Positions 62,259-64,000 of a stretch of DNA of 64,000 nucleotides are shown piece after piece. This DNA comes from Perna viridis (Eukaryota). The stretch covers positions 15,004,001 through 15,068,000 of the forward strand of contig CM074517.1 in assembly GCA_037379345.1 (NCBI GenBank), written 5' to 3'. The first letter of the stretch is position 1. Each line of letters begins with the position of its first letter. The position numbers and the translations under genes were made by a program. Below the pieces are notes generated by a model. That model saw only the letters and a program-made list of their open reading frames with translations. It made no database searches and had not been told where the DNA came from.

Positions 62259-64000
62259 GGTTAACCCAGCTTTATTTTACGACCTTGTTGACTGTTTGGC
62301 ATGGTTCCCTATACTGCATTTTATTACTAACAAGAAACTTTGGCATTCTTGGTAGCGGCAACATTTTGGAAACTTGTGATGCAGCTTTAAAATTTTTGTG
62401 TAACTTAAGTCAGCACTTACACCTGAAGGTCGAGTGTTGCCCTAATTATTCGATAAATACGCATTTCCCCCCTTATTACACAACATCGAGTTTTAATAGC
62501 TTTTTTAACAAAAATATGGAATGGGTTTCATTCGGTTCGAATGTTTTGAACTTCTATTACATGTAACACAGAAAATTAAAAATCAGCTATATCAGGGACA
62601 ACATATCTCTTTAAACATGTATACTAAAAAAAAATTAAAGTTACGGTCAGTGTACTGAAATGGATATCATACTTGGGTACAGATTACTTATTTTTTGTCG
62701 ATCCATTAGTACTGATGTGTTAGAAAAACATTTAGTTTCTCTTCTCACTGATTTTTCTAATACAGAATTGGAAAACTGTACATAAAAAGTTAGTTCGTTC
62801 GGTTTTGGGTTTTCAGTGCGTTAAAATCTTGTAATGCGTCCCTAGTTCACACGTGTAGCTTTACAACGCATAGAAAATTTTTCGGCTTCTAAAAATGGAG
62901 GACCGACTGTAACTATAAAGATTCGTCTTCTCGCTAAAAAACTTTCAGGACAATACCAAAATGTAAAAATGAAATATATATGAATAGAAATTGTATATAT
63001 AATTAAATATATTTTTGTTTTACAAAGGATTTTGCTATTTCACTTCATTTTATCCACAGTTCTTATTCTAAACTTGCCGAATTTATTTTGAAATATCAGG
63101 GTTCGATCATGTATTAAGATGCAATTTCAAAGTACAGATTAGCAGATACCGCTGCAATGGAACTGTATATCTGATAGAATATAACCACAGCCAATACATC
63201 ATATTTGCATTGTAACTATAACGCTAGAAAAAAAAAATTGTTTTGTATTTCTGATTCCTGATTTATACATAAATAATCTGGACACAAGTAATTACGTACA
63301 GCACAGAGCGTGAAATAATACAATATTTCAAGCGAATTGTCGTCAATATTCATATAATTTTGTCATACCTAGAATTAAACGGATTTATTATTCCGCTTTG
63401 CTGAACATGCGCGATAGATTCGCGCCAATTAAAGTGATCTTCTGCCAAAAATGACAGGTCCGCAGATAATACGCGGGAAATATTTCATCATTATTGTACA
63501 GTTTCGGCATACGTGGGATTCAGATTTTCTAGATACTGGAAGTAATTTGGTTAAAAGAATCAAAATTCAAACAACCGTAATAAATTATTTGTGCTCTATT
63601 GTTAATTAGCTTTCTTCAAATAAATAAATCACACCAATTAGACGTCGTTACTGTTCTCAAATCTTAATGAAAACAAGATCACATCGATATTGTGGACTAA
63701 AGTGTTACTTTAAAGCATTGCGTGGACGTTGGATTTTGCAATATCAAACCTCACGCATAATATACTTTCTGCTGATATACAACTTAATCTTTTGACTTGC
63801 TTATTATATTTCCCAGATGTATTATTTTTCTCGTGTGCTTAGATAATGTCGTATTTCTGGTTTTCTATGGGGCAACGACTCTCAATTGATAGAAACAAAT
63901 TTCACTAATTTTTCATGAAGGGCCAAAGAACTCGTAAAAGGAAACGTGATGATAGCAAAACAATAACATATTTACATGTAACTCGTTACATGTATAGGTA

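Overview
AT-rich eukaryotic genomic DNA from a spiralian animal; the repeat content suggests a bivalve mollusc, which is inference. The only convincing protein-coding gene is the Hox gene Lox5 on the + strand. It has two coding exons (40569-41154 and 47201-47499) separated by a 6.05-kb phase-1 GT-AG intron, giving 294 aa with an N-terminal MSSYY motif, YPWM hexapeptide, Antp-class homeodomain and the diagnostic KLTGP parapeptide. The rest is non-coding Hox flanking DNA: about 40 kb upstream and 16.5 kb downstream with no second homeobox seen. It carries a decayed Penelope-like retroelement (59.8-61.0 kb) plus two fragments of its 3' tail, a probable L1/Tx1 remnant, several MITE-like elements, mini- and microsatellites, a 130-N gap and clusters of homeodomain/PBX-type motifs. 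Almost all other ORFs in the track look spurious. I found no demonstrably new system. The best leads are: (i) a possible distal non-coding first exon at ~7.9 kb that could splice across ~32 kb to a strong acceptor just upstream of Lox5; (ii) a miR-10-family seed site in the Lox5 3'UTR; (iii) two complementary-degenerate minimal hammerhead-ribozyme-like repeats at 11.5 and 13.3 kb; (iv) an intronic homeodomain-site cluster; (v) a nested-palindrome element at 13.9-15.0 kb.
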